Assembly: GCA_040954595.2 (NCBI GenBank)
Contig: CM082585.2
Location: forward strand, 5,171,808 to 5,235,807
Source: Balanoglossus misakiensis
Lineage: Eukaryota > Animalia > Hemichordata
DNA: 64,000 nucleotides
Direction of reading: 5' to 3'
The stretch's first letter is position 1. Each line of letters begins with the position of its first letter. The notes beneath the pieces were generated by a model. The model saw only the letters and a list, made by a program, of their open reading frames with translations. It did not search any database and had not been told where the DNA came from. The position numbers and the translations under genes are program-made. Positions 28,050 through 41,201 of the stretch are shown in pieces.

Positions 28050-28200
28050 CCCACCAGAACCGAGCTTCATGTTTTATGGAGCCTGGAACCTCCGCCATTT
28101 GTCAAAACTGATACGGAGTTGCTTGCTTGTTTATTGTCGTGCGCCGTGAATTTGTAAGGGTAGGTACATGTACGCGTACTCCGATTTCAGGTGAAGCCTT
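28050..28200. promoter_or_regulatory. Probable bidirectional promoter region between SLC35A5 and the NLR-like gene
   Basis: Head-to-head genes, a CpG-richer stretch, a YY1-like CGCCATTT (~28093-28100), and a candidate + strand donor G|GTAGGT at ~28159. Confidence 0.45.
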
Positions 28201-28394
28201 TTTTTAAGACGATCAGTTGTTCGCAAATGCAAGGATTATACATTCGTGTGTGTGTTATGACATCACTAATCTGTGCACAGAACAGGATAAAATGATGAAC
28301 GTCTTCAGTCTCAGAACCACAGCCTTATAAGGGCACCAGGGCACATGAACTAGTCAGTGGTTGCTGCAGTTTCGTAAAACCTGTCGAAAATAAC

Positions 28395-28486
28395 CGCAGT
28401 TCAGTAGCTCGAGGTTTTGTTCGTGTTTTTGCGAACTCAAACAAAATGTCGCAAACACAAACAAACCTGGAACTACTGAACTGCAG
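28395..28486. repeat. Imperfect hairpin
   Basis: gcagttcagtagctcgaggttttgttcgtgtttttgcga ... tcgcaaacacaaacaaacctggaactactgaactgc. Confidence 0.75.
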
Positions 28487-28511
28487 CTAATGAAGTAGTT
28501 TATGGCATTTG

Positions 28512-28615
28512 CTAGTTGTGGTACGCAGCTGTACCGGGGGGGGGGGGGGGGGGCTGATTACCCCACGGCGACGGACCCCCCCCCCCCCAACGGTACAGCT
28601 GCGTACCACAGCTAG
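28512..28615. mobile_element. Short palindromic element with poly-G/poly-C arms
   Basis: ctagttgtggtacgcagctgtaccg(G)n ... (C)naacggtacagctgcgtaccacagctag. Confidence 0.8.
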
Positions 28616-28740
28616 GCATTTGCCAGAGTTGGCCAGCAAGACTATTCAAAGAACTAAATGTTTTACTTTTATTGACATTCTCTAGTCTCCTCTGGCATTG
28701 ATCTTTTCGAAATCTGGACATTTTATCCTCGGCAGACAGA

Positions 28741-31700
28741 ATGGCCACTGCAGCGCCATACGAAGACAAACCACAGGTTGGACTCTGGGAGAAATTCTTG
28801 ATTGACATGAGCAAAGAACTGACCGACGAGGAACTGAAACGCGCCAAAGTCGCCGCGAAAAAAGCCATCGGTGCCAAGGGCTTCGAAGAGATCACCGACT
28901 CCTTGGCTTTTTTCAGGGCTCTGGAGAAAGGAGGCTACATCCACGATGACGACACACACTATCTAGAAGACATCTTCGAGAGCATTCAAGTGAAAAATGT
29001 ATTGGAGGAACTGAGTGAGTACAAGAGAAAGAGGGAGGAATACGTGAAGAGGAGGAGAGAGATTGCGAACAGGCGCAATGTGGATTTTGTGGGACGAGAA
29101 TCGTATCTGAAAGAAGTGATAGACAAACTCCAGAAGCCGTCGGAGACAGTGACTTGTGTAAGCATCTGTGGTCTTGCTGGAATGGGGAAAACAGAACTGG
29201 CTCTTGAAATCTGCGCAAGGATGGACTGCAGGTATGATGGACAGTCTAATTCTGTACATGTACCAGTAGTAGTGATCTATAATGACTACCACTATGACAC
29301 TTTGAAAGTCCAGTAACATAATCTCCAACTTCTGGCTGTTGTCTGTATATCTTTGTGTTGGGTATCAACTTTGGTTCCTTGTTCTACTCTGTAAAACATA
29401 AAGAATTCCTCAGTATTTGCGTTGTTCTTTTTTCCACAGCCATTTTGTAATAATCACCAGAGAAAACAATGGGTTGGACTGAACCATGGTGGTGAAAGGG
29501 TTAATAATCAAACTACAGCATTGTTGACATTATTGGGGTGGATTGTACAGTGGACTACATTTTTACCGATGAAGATGGCCGGGGAGGGGGCTGGGAAAAT
29601 ATTGAGTACACCTGGGATAGCTACAGTTGGATTTATAGACTGGGCCAGCTGTTGTAGCTATTTCACTTTTGAATTCAATGTATGTAACCTTTCTGCTTTG
29701 ATTCAATTGTTATGAAATAAGAAAGTTCTTATTAGATATTCTTGTACACATCTTTATACCATGTTACATTACTATTGCTGAAACCCTACAAAATGATGAA
29801 ATAACCAGAAAAAAAGACAAAATTGATCATCTTTGACTTTCCCTTCATCACTTTATTTTTTTTTTTTTTGTTATTTCCAGGGCATACTATGTTGATCTGA
29901 GAGAAAAAAGCTCTGGTCGTGAAGTTGTATTGGAAATCCTATCTGCTATTGGAATGAATGTCAGCGTTGACAGTGCAGAATTCAGTATGATAAAAGACTG
30001 GGGCAGTACATGTAAAATAGGTGAGAAATAAACTGTAATTTCTGGATAATTTACACTGAAAATGTACTTGTTCACAAATTGTGCTTAAAAATTTAGCAAA
30101 ATAACAAGAGTAAGACTGAACATGTATTGCCTGGCCATGAGGGTTCTGTACCTGTTGCTTGTCCCTTTGGGACTAAACTACCAGAATAGCTTGTATTTTT
30201 GGTAACTCACAGTCATGAGGGATTATGAATGGATTAGCTCAAGTATTGGCCAGACTGTATGTGTGTGTGTGTGGTACACAGAACAGAATACTGAAATATA
30301 AGCCAAAATTTAATTTTTCAGTGACTCAATATTACAATAACTACTCAACATACTTCAACCAGGGTCGGCTGATAAAATCAACCAAAAAAATATTCCATGC
30401 TCAAAATGTTTTCTTTTCAGATACCATAATTTTCATCGACAATGCGGATCTGATTGTTGAACCGGGCAGCTATGCATCCAATGACTTCCATAACACACTG
30501 ATCGAGCTGCTCAAGGTCAAGAACCAGAGGCTGAAGGTCATGATCACGTCTCGATACGCCCTCCGAGAAAATCTCTTTAAGTCGGTCTCCTTCAGGCAAA
30601 TAGAGTTGAAGCCGTTTGAGGTTCACGAATCGGTGAAATTGCTGCAGAAATTAGCGGCAGTCCCCGACAGGGAAGCCAAAGATCTCGCCCTCTTGACAGG
30701 CAACCTGCCCCTGGCTTTGAAGATCGTCGCGAGTCGATTGAAGGACGGCATCGTCACGGCTCAAGACATTGTGAGCATGCTCGAGCCAGACAAGCAGAAA
30801 ACCATGGCGACGCTGCACTATCCCGTGCGCGACGACATCCGCTCGACCCGGAACGAGAAACCGGTCGACCAGTGCCTGAAGTTGGTCTTCAAAGCTCTCC
30901 CCGAGACGCTGAAGATCGCCTGGCTGAAGCTGTCGGTGTTTCCCAGCTCGTTCGATCAGGCCGCCGTGACGGGCGTCCTGAAGGCGGCCGACCTGGGCAC
31001 CACCAAGCTGGAGATCCTGCAGCCGCTGGTCAGTCTCTGGAAAGTCGTCAACGCGGAGCCGGACGTGATCTTCGAAAACTTGCGCGTCGGCTTCGTCGAC
31101 AAGTACAGCCTCCACCCCCTGGTGAGGTCCTACTTGCAAGAGCGGGGCAAAGACGAGAACCTGAGCAACTTCTTCGACGAGGCGCAGCACGATTACGTCC
31201 GCTACTATGACGACCTGCTGAGGAAAAACTCCAAGAAAATCGAGAGAAATTACATGAAAGTCATGCAGTTTCTGCTCGAGAGCAACAAGACCAACCTTGA
31301 CCATTATTTGAAATTGATGGTCAAACTAAACATTTGCCCTCCGCTTGAAGGCAAAAATGACCACAAGCACCTGTCTTCGACATTCTTATTGTTCGAGCAC
31401 TATCTTGACCCGGACAGACGAATCCACATCTTTGAAAGCATGGCCAAGGTTGCTAAGGACAACGGCAAGAATCTGCAGTTCTGTTTCTTGAAGGGCTTCG
31501 AGGCAGACAGCTGGATTCCCAAGGCGCACCACCAGAAGGCCCTGCGAATTCTGCAGGAGCCTTTGCAGATACTGAAATCGCTGGAAAGTAAAGCGATCGC
31601 CAACACGGATAATTACAAACTGACCTTGGCAAGTTGCGAGTATGTGCAGGGCAGGAGCTTAGTAAAATCCAGCGAATACCAGACCGGCATAGCCTTACTA

Positions 31701-33659
31701 GAAAAATCCATGAATACACGGAAACAGGTGCTGAAAAAACACACCTTCGTGGCTCGTAACATGAACGCCATCGGCCATGCTTACCATCGCTTAGCCGACA
31801 TCGAGAATTCCCTCAAATTCCACCGAGAGGCGGTGGATATGCTGTACAGCATCGCCAAAGAAGGCATGCACTTAGATATGCCCACTTTCATCCTGAATGT
31901 GGGCACGTGCTGCCACGCCAAGGGCAATGAAGCCGCAGATCGAGGCGACGCGAAAGAAAGCGATCATTTCTATCGCGAGGCCATTGAGTATTACAACAAA
32001 GCGATCGATCTGGAGAAATCCATGAATCTCTATGGCTTGGTTAAGACCGCCGTCTGCCTGAAGAACAAAGCGCTGACCTACAGAGAGATGAAGCGATACG
32101 ACGAGGCCATGCCTCTCGCGGTGGAAGCTATGGAGATCCGCATTCAGAGGTTGGGCCTCCGACACCCGGATACTGCACGCAGTGTGTACTTCGTGGGATC
32201 CTTGTACCAGGACAAAGCAGTGGAAGCTCAAGAAAAAGAGGAAATGGAAGAAATTGCAGTAACCAAGGGTAAGATGGACCAGAGCTTTCTGAATGCCCCT
32301 ATTATATCTCCATAGTTGGTTACGTTAGTGACCCTTTGCAAATCCATATGTAAGTGCTGAAATGCTTTATATTGATAAAAAAGGGTGTGTAAATTTATCA
32401 TTAAAGCCCCATGACCTGCCAAATTTCACATATTTTTTCCTCACAATTAAACAACTCAGATCTTCTTCCTATCCTCTCAAATCCTCACCCTTAAGCCATT
32501 TTACTTGTGTTTGCCTCAGTTAGCCAACTCTTGGTGACGTACACCACGAAAGTTGTGTACTCTTTGTATGGAGGCCGGTTAAATGGGTGTGGCACCAGTT
32601 TAATATACCACTTGTTCAAATTGCAACATTACATACAGCTACCATATACCATCGGGCATGGTTTCCAAAACATTGACCATCCTCCAAACCTTTCAATTCT
32701 TTGCTATAGAAAAAGTGTGCAAGGAGTCATTTTTGAACAGAGATGAAATTTGTTTTCATGAATATTGCTATTTTATTTTTTTCTCTGTAGGCTTATACAC
32801 AGAAATTGGCGTATTTCAAATATTCATGATTTAGAAAGCACAACAACATAGGAGGTGCAAGATTTACAGGATAAACATCTTCCAATGTCTTGGACATCTG
32901 TATGTATCATTGTACGGTATGCAAAACATAACATAACTGCATATTTTGGTGTGTTTTTCACAGAGAGCCATGAGTTGTATAAGGTTGCCCTGAATTACTT
33001 CAAGCAGGCTGCTGAGATTGAGGTATCTCTGGAACCGCACAGACGCAGTATTGATTATCCGGATGTTCAGGAAGGACTCCAGAAGGTTCTAACAGCTTTA
33101 CACATGGAGAAGGAAAAGGAGATGTATGAAATGCTGTTTCTGGTACGTATGTTGATTTGCAAAAGAATTATATGGCCCTCCGTATTAAAGACACAAAAGT
33201 CTCTCTCTTGCTGCCCTTTTCCAATTAATTATGTTTGATACAAGAACCCGTTTATGTTATTCTACATCTGGATATATAGTGAATCAATGTTTGACTACAC
33301 TCACACACAACTATCCCATTTGTAGGGTATGAGAGTAAAACTCTCACCAAAATGAATAACTGGTAAACACCGATTATTCATTTTGGCGAGTTTTTCACTC
33401 TCGTATCTGCAAGTGGGATGGAAGTTGTGTGTGGTTGAACGTTGATTCACTATACCGTATATCCACATGTAGAATAACATAAACAGTGTCTTGTATCAAA
33501 CATACTTAATTTAAAACGGGTAATGAGAGAGACGCTTTGTCCCTTTAATCCCGTTTTCAGAAAGCAGCCGATCAGATGTTGGCGTCGGAGGATGGCAGTG
33601 GATCTGACAGCAGTCCTGAGGAAGACACCGAAAGTGACAAATCGGACAAATCCAATTAA
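28741..33659 (+). CDS. NLR-like STAND NTPase: DED - NB-ARC - TPR repeats, ~918 aa
   Basis: Exons 28741-29231, 29881-30020, 30421-32268, 32964-33142, 33561-33659 (2757 nt, in frame). DED pattern FLIDMSKELTDEELKRAK..FFRALEKGGYI..YLEDIFESI; FVGRE; Walker A GLAGMGKT; Walker B IIFIDNAD; sensor-1 MITSR; GNLPLAL; LSVFP; MHD-like LHPLVR; TPRs (ARNMNAIGHAY, AIEYYNKAI, HPDTARSVYFVGSLY). Confidence 0.9.
33184..33548. mobile_element. ~365 bp fold-back MITE with TTAA flanks (Kolobok-like) filling the last NLR intron
   Basis: The whole element is a long imperfect palindrome: ttaaagacacaaaagtctctctc ... gagagagacgctttgtccctttaa. Confidence 0.85.
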
Positions 33660-36297
33660 ACAAGTCAGAGAAACGAAGTCTCATCGAGTCTTGTTTCCAT
33701 GGTGATGCACAGAACTTGTTAGTCAAGCAGGAGACGAGCGTGAATGTTTTGCCAAGTGCTAGCAACGGAACGGTAGAAATGCAGCTTGCCTCTCACTTCT
33801 TGCCAATAGCTGTCAACTTTTTGAATCGTGTACTTGTACATATAGTGTACAGAACAATCGAAATCATAGCAAAATGTAATTTGTAAAGAATCTTAGATGT
33901 ATAGTGAGTGAGATGTATCCTATTAAATATCGTGACTTTTATCTTCCATTATGATCTGTATATATGGAATAATTTTATATTTTTTGTAATCAATAACATA
34001 GGTACTGTAATGTGTGCCTTGAAAACATTTTTTTTGTTTTGTTGGAAAAATGATAGTCCTACATACATTTCAGTTCCTTATTATTTTATTGTGTGTGGGG
34101 AGCTTTGGAAAGCAAACAAGAAAACAGGGTGGACTGGTAAAAGTGCCATGGAACTCCCTCCATTATTCAAATTATAGTAGCTTTCAGAATCCCTGATATT
34201 AGAGAAATCGTATAATTTATTGGTAAAAATGGCTTCTATTGGCCAACCAGATCACTTGGAACACGTAAGTCAGTATAATTCGCCTTTCAATTACTAGTAC
34301 TGTGCAATTGTAGGAACCAGAACTTTTAGAGAAGAAAATTGAAATTTTCAACCCTACACAAATGTATAAGACTTGTAGGTGTTTGAAAGTAGCACTGAGT
34401 TGAAATGATTGATGTGAATGACATCATCCAATGATTTGAGTTTCAATTTTTTATAGTGTATATTTTCTTGCTATTGAAACTTGACTTCAGATTTGTTTTC
34501 AGCAGTTGTTAATCCAGAGAACATGAAGTTGAAAATTTTACTTGGCTGCTTGTAGTCTGTTGTAGGCTAGTTAACGCTGATTGGTCAGTGGAAACTGTCA
34601 ATCAAGAGATTGCAGTATACCATAGGTCATTGGTCTGTGGTTACATACATAATCAATTATTTAATCATATGAAGTCCTTATAAGGCCTTAGATTGATACA
34701 TTTACATGTAATTTACATATACCCATATATGGTTATAAGTGAGTATATGTTTTCTGGTGATGCATGTGGTAGTGCTCTTTATTTCTTGTGGCCATCCAAG
34801 TGAAAGTAGACCTTAAGTTTGTCCTTTCTTTTCACCCAATTTCTGTCTTTTGCCGATCTCTGACACAGACTATGGTCGCCGCCATCTTGTCTGTTGATAG
34901 GACAGCACACTGCCTTAATTATGGCATTGACTGTATACAATTGTTGTAACCAGAGTCTCTGGTTTGACTTATGTACATATGACGATCATCTCCCTATAAT
35001 AACCTACCTTAAGTCATTTTATGCATAGTTACAAGCTGGTTGACTTTTTAAAATGAAATTTTATTTTGAAAAATTTTATGTAATGCGCTATACAAGAAAT
35101 AAAGATTAATAGGATGATTCTTGATATATGTATTTTGATTGAGCATATATTTTCCACTGCTAACTAGTCATTTGAAAAGTTAGCTGGGAATAAAATACAA
35201 CCGCACTTGTCCCTTTCACCAAAATGGTTCAGCCCAAACCCATTGTTTTCTAAGGTAAGGTTGGACCTCTGCAGAGGGAACTGGGGGTGAAAGGTTTTTT
35301 TTGATTACCAGACTAGTCATCACTGGTAGTGCGCCTCCACAGTGTACAATTTTGTTTAGTTTTGTTTAAATATGGTCTTTCCTAATGTTTATCACTGCGT
35401 AATGTTTCTCCTCTTGTAGCTAGAGGGCGCTCTTCATACTGCAATGAAGAAACAGTCGGAACTTGCCATATTACATTATTGCAAACGTTTGAATTCATCA
35501 AAGACATGATGATGACTATGAGGAGGAGGGGGAGGAGGACATACAATTTATCTCAGTTGGCCAGAATATAGACTGATTTCTGTGTTCTATTTTGCCCTAC
35601 CATCACAACAAGGTATCGCTTTGGCAACCAAAACATCCGTGTGGTAATAGGCCTATTACATGAAAGAAATGGATAGTTTTTCACAAAACTTATATAAATG
35701 TAATAAAATTGGAATCCTGTGTCTGTGTTGTACGTAGGCCTACCTCTTTGCGCGAATTCATAAATTTTAATTAGGCCTAATGCTAATTATTGTCAAAATA
35801 TCAGCAACCTGCGGCCAATCAGTAGTGTGTCACGTGAGGTGATTGACTTGAACGTCGTGAGTGTCAAGATCACGTGGTGACCTCGATGTCGAGCCATCGC
35901 ATTTGGAAAAAAATATATAAAATCGACGATAGCAGACCTCGACTCCAGAACTTGTGTGTGACTCTGTCTGAAACACACTCGGTCTGAATTCTATAGTAGG
36001 CCGGGGTAAATTTAGGACGAATTAAGAATAAAGGGCGCTTCGAGTAGGTTGGCCAATCGATAAAAACTAATGTGGACAAAATAAGAATAGCCAAGAGAAA
36101 AGTGGGACATAACCTCATATACAATAGCGCAGCGTGTTGGAGTTTTCTCGGAAGTCAACAACAAACTGCGAACCCACGTGGACCCGATAGCTCAGTGCCA
36201 TTGGCCTAGACCACAGTCGCTTGGGAATTGGGTCGTATATACACGGCTACCGTGGTCGTATACATTGTATATAAAAAAACTAACATGCAAGCTATAG

Positions 36298-36366
<69 letters not shown>
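36298..36366. repeat. (GATA)n microsatellite
   Basis: Directly visible. Confidence 0.97.
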
Positions 36367-36367
<1 letters not shown>

Positions 36368-37645
36368 GATAACAGTGCCTACGGCAGCTGGCAACCCACT
36401 ATTACGAGGCGAGAACTGTGACTAGCGCCACCAAGTGGCTGCAGGGGGATTGTGAGTGGAGTTAGGCAAATTCATCAGCACATGTATGTGGCTTCTTTGT
36501 TCGTTTGTTACACAAAAGACGAAATATTTAAAAGTATTAAACAAGAAATTTACATGCCCGCGATGCATGGTTATTAGTAAATATCTTTCTGGATCAACTT
36601 TACCACCATTGCAGCGTAAAAAGATATACAATGCATGGTTTGCTCGAGGAAATCCAGACCCTGGCATTCTCTCCGTGTCTGCTTGTATCAATCGACCTTC
36701 AATTCACCATGCGCAGTCGCAGACTGTGAGTGCGCCACCAAAGGATGAACTGACATCGCTTCGCAGCTTTCCTTGTGACAAATCCCAGCACGTACATAAA
36801 GCAATCTTTCGTTTCTTGGGAGGCCTCTTGAAATGCCAATAAATCATGCTGTTGTTGTTGTGCACGAGATAAAACCTTAGCGCAACCCTTTTGGTAGACA
36901 CTGATTAACATGGCAGTGTCGAAGGGAACCTGGTATTTGCCCTTCAATAAACACCCAGAAATTTTGTTCAGTTTTTCAGGGATTGAGCCGGATTTGAACC
37001 TGCATCTGAAGTTCAGGTCTACATCACTCGATTTCTGCGGCATACATCTGCTTCTCATTGACTCAATCCTTAACCCCAAGCCCCTGTGAATACTGTTAGG
37101 ACATTATGGCTTAGCAAGATTATCGGGTGAACAAAGAGAAACATGAACAGAAAGTGACAATAAAAAGTCTTTTAAAATAACAAGCGATTTTACTTGTTCA
37201 TAACAGGAAAATATCACATGTTGGACAAAATCTTTGCATCCGGCCAAATAAAATACAAAGAAGCTTCCCCGCACATTGGATGGATGTCGACAACATCACG
37301 CCTGTTGAGCGTGTTCTCCTAGTTGCATGCTACGCGGCTATTGGCTGCCGTGAATAATTATTTATAGTTCACGCCTTAGTTTTCAACCGGATTCTTCGCT
37401 TTTGTCAGCTCCTCTGCATGCAAATGAGAAAATGAAATGTTCACACCATATTTGGCCATCTGAAATCACGTAATTCTCAAAACACAACGTCTGGAAACTC
37501 CGAGGCTGACACCATTAACAGTTGGCGCCGACACACCACACAACCATGGATTGGTTGACGCCTTGACCTTGTCGTCTGCTCTTTTCCACTGGTTAGATTC
37601 AGAATTGGGGCGTGTTCAGTTCAGCAGCTTGACACGTCACCTCTG

Positions 37646-38196
37646 TCACTTCTTTTGTGCGTCTTCTGCAAAAAATAGAGAACTCGGGTGAACACCACGA
37701 TCCACGGTTAAACCATTAACATAGGGCCGCGTTCGACTGCCAAAATTGCTGATAAAATAGCAATACAGAGATACTGGGCAAATAACACCAACGGTCAAAC
37801 ATGCTTTGAGTTTTGTCTGTCACACGTTGTCCGTTCCCCAACACATCGGGCGGGGATGGTGGGGGAGGGGGGGTGGTAGTTGGCACGTTTCTTTCGATTC
37901 ACGACTCAAATGTCTCTGATAATGCCTACTACACACTAGGCAACTAAAGTGTTTCACGCGAGTGAGTTATAGCGTTAAAATACATGTATGTCCAATTAAC
38001 AAAGCTAAAAATAAGAGAACTTTACGGCACCTTTAGGCTTTCGTCTTTGTGGCTCGTTGGCATCCACGTCTGTGAGGGCGACGGCGGCTTGGAATTCTGG
38101 TGTGTTTTCGGGGTACATGTCTGTGTTTTCCCCTTCTTTGCGTTCAGGTGCACCGCCTGTCGGTTTATCGCCATTATCGTTTCCCTTTGAAGACAT
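37646..38196 (-). CDS. DxNE microprotein A (61 aa, unknown family)
   Basis: Exons 38196-38031 (phase-1 donor AAG|GTGCCG, weak) and 37665-37646 (acceptor ttttttgcag): MSSKGNDNGDKPTGGAPERKEGENTDMYPENTPEFQAAVALTDVDANEPQRRKPKEDAQKK*. TATA-like element at ~38236 and kB-like site at 38477-38486. Confidence 0.55.
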
Positions 38197-40912
38197 CGCT
38201 GCGTCTTTAAATATGTGTGTTTACGAGATGCAGGTCTATAAGGCCAGTGCAACTAATTAGCCTAGAACAAAGGATGAATGACAAGTTAAGAACGCGTCTA
38301 ATTTATTCCATTATTCAATCATTCTCGGTCGAATATCATTATCGGTCTATGAAACGCAAAAATTAAATTTCAACAAAGTGGACTGACGCACACAAGTGAA
38401 AAATTGTCAGTGTACATACAAAAATAGACCAATAAATTGTCTCCCATATTTTGGTTAAAATTACTGACCTGCAGCTGGAAATCCCCTTTGAATTGTTTTA
38501 AGAAAGACTGGTTGAAGGCGGTTCAGTCCGGTCCAATCTGCAAACGTTGCAGGCCGTTCTGTTACCTGCGAATGAGTAAAAAGCAGATCCGGTGACGGAA
38601 TTACTATGTATAGAGTCACTTGTCCCAGTCAGCTGAGGGCCAACAGACGCGGTAATTTCCATACCAGAGCTTAGTCATGCACCATTTGCATAATGTTTTC
38701 AACGAAAAACGGGGCGTATTTTATTCCACTGAAACGACTGGTGTCATCGTCAGGGCAACAGACGACCCCGGATTCGTGTGCATAATTTCAAAGGCACCGA
38801 GGGTTGGCCAAAAATCCCCCTAGCTCTTGAGGCTCTCATGACCGACAGCGACAGACGTTAACAATCGATTGAGGCCAACAGTAAGGGGGGAACGACACTG
38901 CCATTGTTACAGTAAATTGTGATCACAGAGACAAGTTTTAGCACGTTTTAGCGCGTTTGAAGTATTTTCACAGTGGAACAAAGGCCCCTGCTATTTGAAA
39001 CACCAGAAGTACCCCGGGGAATGTGGAAGGACAAAGGATCTGAAATTAAACTAATTTGGGACATTTTAGAAAGACTCCTGCCCAATAAACAGATGTGCAT
39101 CTCAGATTTTTTTGTCAATAATTTTTGAGCCATTAGAGATTGCAACGATTGAGTTAATTTTGTCGAATGCTCCAGGTTGGGCTGTGATATTTAAAGGAAC
39201 ATGCTGATATCTAGAGATTTGTTTCAATGTATACACAGCTGTGAGCTGATAAGATGGCAATGGGGCGTGTTTACCCCACAATTCGGTTGTAATGAAATAT
39301 TGTGAAATTAAGCTGTCAACCAAGGTTGGTTGGCGATGTACAACACCTTTTAACCTCGCTTTAAATACAACACTTGGCTTGGCTACGGTATGATATGGCG
39401 TGGGGCCCACCAAGGTGTTTTCAGGCGGCAACTGCAGACAAAATCTGGTCCATTTCAATAAATTGCAAAATGTTTCTTTTTGATATTGGATAGAGAAAAT
39501 AACTATAAAATATAAAGAAATTTCATCTGTTTAATATTTTGTGGTTTGGATATATTACAAATGTGTTTTATTTTATTAAAATCCATGATTGTGAGTTTTA
39601 TGAATACATGTCTAGAGGGCAGGGAGACCAAGCTGTCTTTTTCAACAAATAGAATTTTCACAAATTCAGGGTTTTGTCATTCCAGGTTTGTTTGGCAGAT
39701 ACCTAAATTTTGAACTTTTAATTTGGTATCAGTGCCAAATTCGTATGTGACTATTAATCGTAGAATTTTGGCCATTTCATATTTGACCTAGATAGCATTT
39801 TTGCTGTATTGAATAGGAGGCTTGCATGACTCTGAGAGGCCAGGCGTGTACTCCAGAGGGCCTGTTCTATACAAGTAGACGCTCCATATTCATTTACACA
39901 CAGTCATATCATGATTGCAATACACTGTTCATTGCCTGGAAATGTGACGTGACGTTTTGCCCAATTCAACGACAATGCCAATATGCTAAAAATGAACTAA
40001 ATTTTTAGTTAATTTAAAAGAACTATTTAACTACAAATAATTTCAATATTTTAAATGTGTCCAATTGCTGACTATACACTGTTCTGCGTGAGATTATCGT
40101 TGGCATGAGATCACGACCTGGATATTCAACACATATAGACAATTTGTGGTGTAAAGGAATCATGTCATTTCTATTGTACGCATAGGAAATTGCAAATAAG
40201 GAGGAAATTTCAAAATATACATATTCTTTTATTTGTTATATTAAAATGTCTATTATCATGGTTATAATAAAATCAACAATGTGATTTTTGGCCGGACTGA
40301 AATGGAATAATCAGTAGCTACCAAGTAAAACGCAAAATCATTTGGGTTTGAACTGGCATGGAAATGTGTCGCATTAAAATTTCTCAATCTCTAGTAACTC
40401 CAATTTTTGACTTCTTCCTCACTAGTTTCTTGTTTTCCTCTGTAAGACATAAAATGGCTAAATATCTATTTTTTTCATCCCAGTCCTTTTGTGGTAATAT
40501 GTATTGTTTAATAATGTTGAAAATTGAATTCAAGACTTGAATTCATTTGTCGACAATAACAATTGGTCGCTACTCATATACTTGCACAAGCTTTTTTAAA
40601 CCTATCCATGGTAAATCAAGAGACCAGACTTGATACATGGGAGACGAATTCTGAAAAAGGGTCAAAAGTTACAATTACTGCTGGTTTCATTGACCACGAG
40701 CATATTGGCCAACATTATCAAAGCCAGGTGCATACTTATACCAACTTGGCAATGCTAAAGCAATATCGCGCTCAACTAAAGTTTTGTTCAACAGAGAATG
40801 AAGCGATTCCATTTTTATTTTTGAAAATCAGACCAAAATCATCTATGCTGATTTGTAGGCAGTGGTCATCAGCTAACCAATAATGCCACGTATGTCATAC
40901 ACGCCATTTTAT

Positions 40913-41201
40913 TTAAGGATGTACGTTCCTCAAAATCGAAAGTATTGTCATTTCTTTTAATTGTTGATTTTTAGATTATCCTGTGTATGTGTAATGAAAA
41001 TCCGTGATAAAATATAGGGGTCACGGGCTGGTTTTTGAAATACTAAGCCATGAATTTAGTCGATAGTAGAAGAAAAATGCTGACTCAGCATTTTTCACCA
41101 ATGGTTTGTCTATGGGCAAAAATTTTAACGAAATTTATCTCAAAATAGAGCGCGGTGACCACACGATTTTACCAGTGTACGTTCTACGCGTACATCCTTA
41201 A
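40913..41201. mobile_element. Kolobok-like MITE (TTAA TSD, GG...CC termini)
   Basis: ttaaggatgtacg ... cgtacatccttaa. Confidence 0.75.

Noticed and set aside
30225-30420. N-terminal extension of the 696-aa ORF
   Set aside because: Intronic: the acceptor ttcttttcag at 30420 joins in frame to the upstream Walker A exons.
30651-31304. 217-aa antisense ORF
   Set aside because: Shadow of the GC3-rich part of the NB-ARC exon; no independent features.
36179-36215. tRNA-like 5' end (gacccgatagctcagtg)
   Set aside because: No B box or cloverleaf; at most a SINE fragment.
37500-37665. Possible Cys-Sec (TGC TGA) reading of gene A exon 2 using an alternative donor
   Set aside because: Needs a weaker phase-0 donor, unlike the phase-1 first intron of B, D, E and F, and I could not identify a SECIS.
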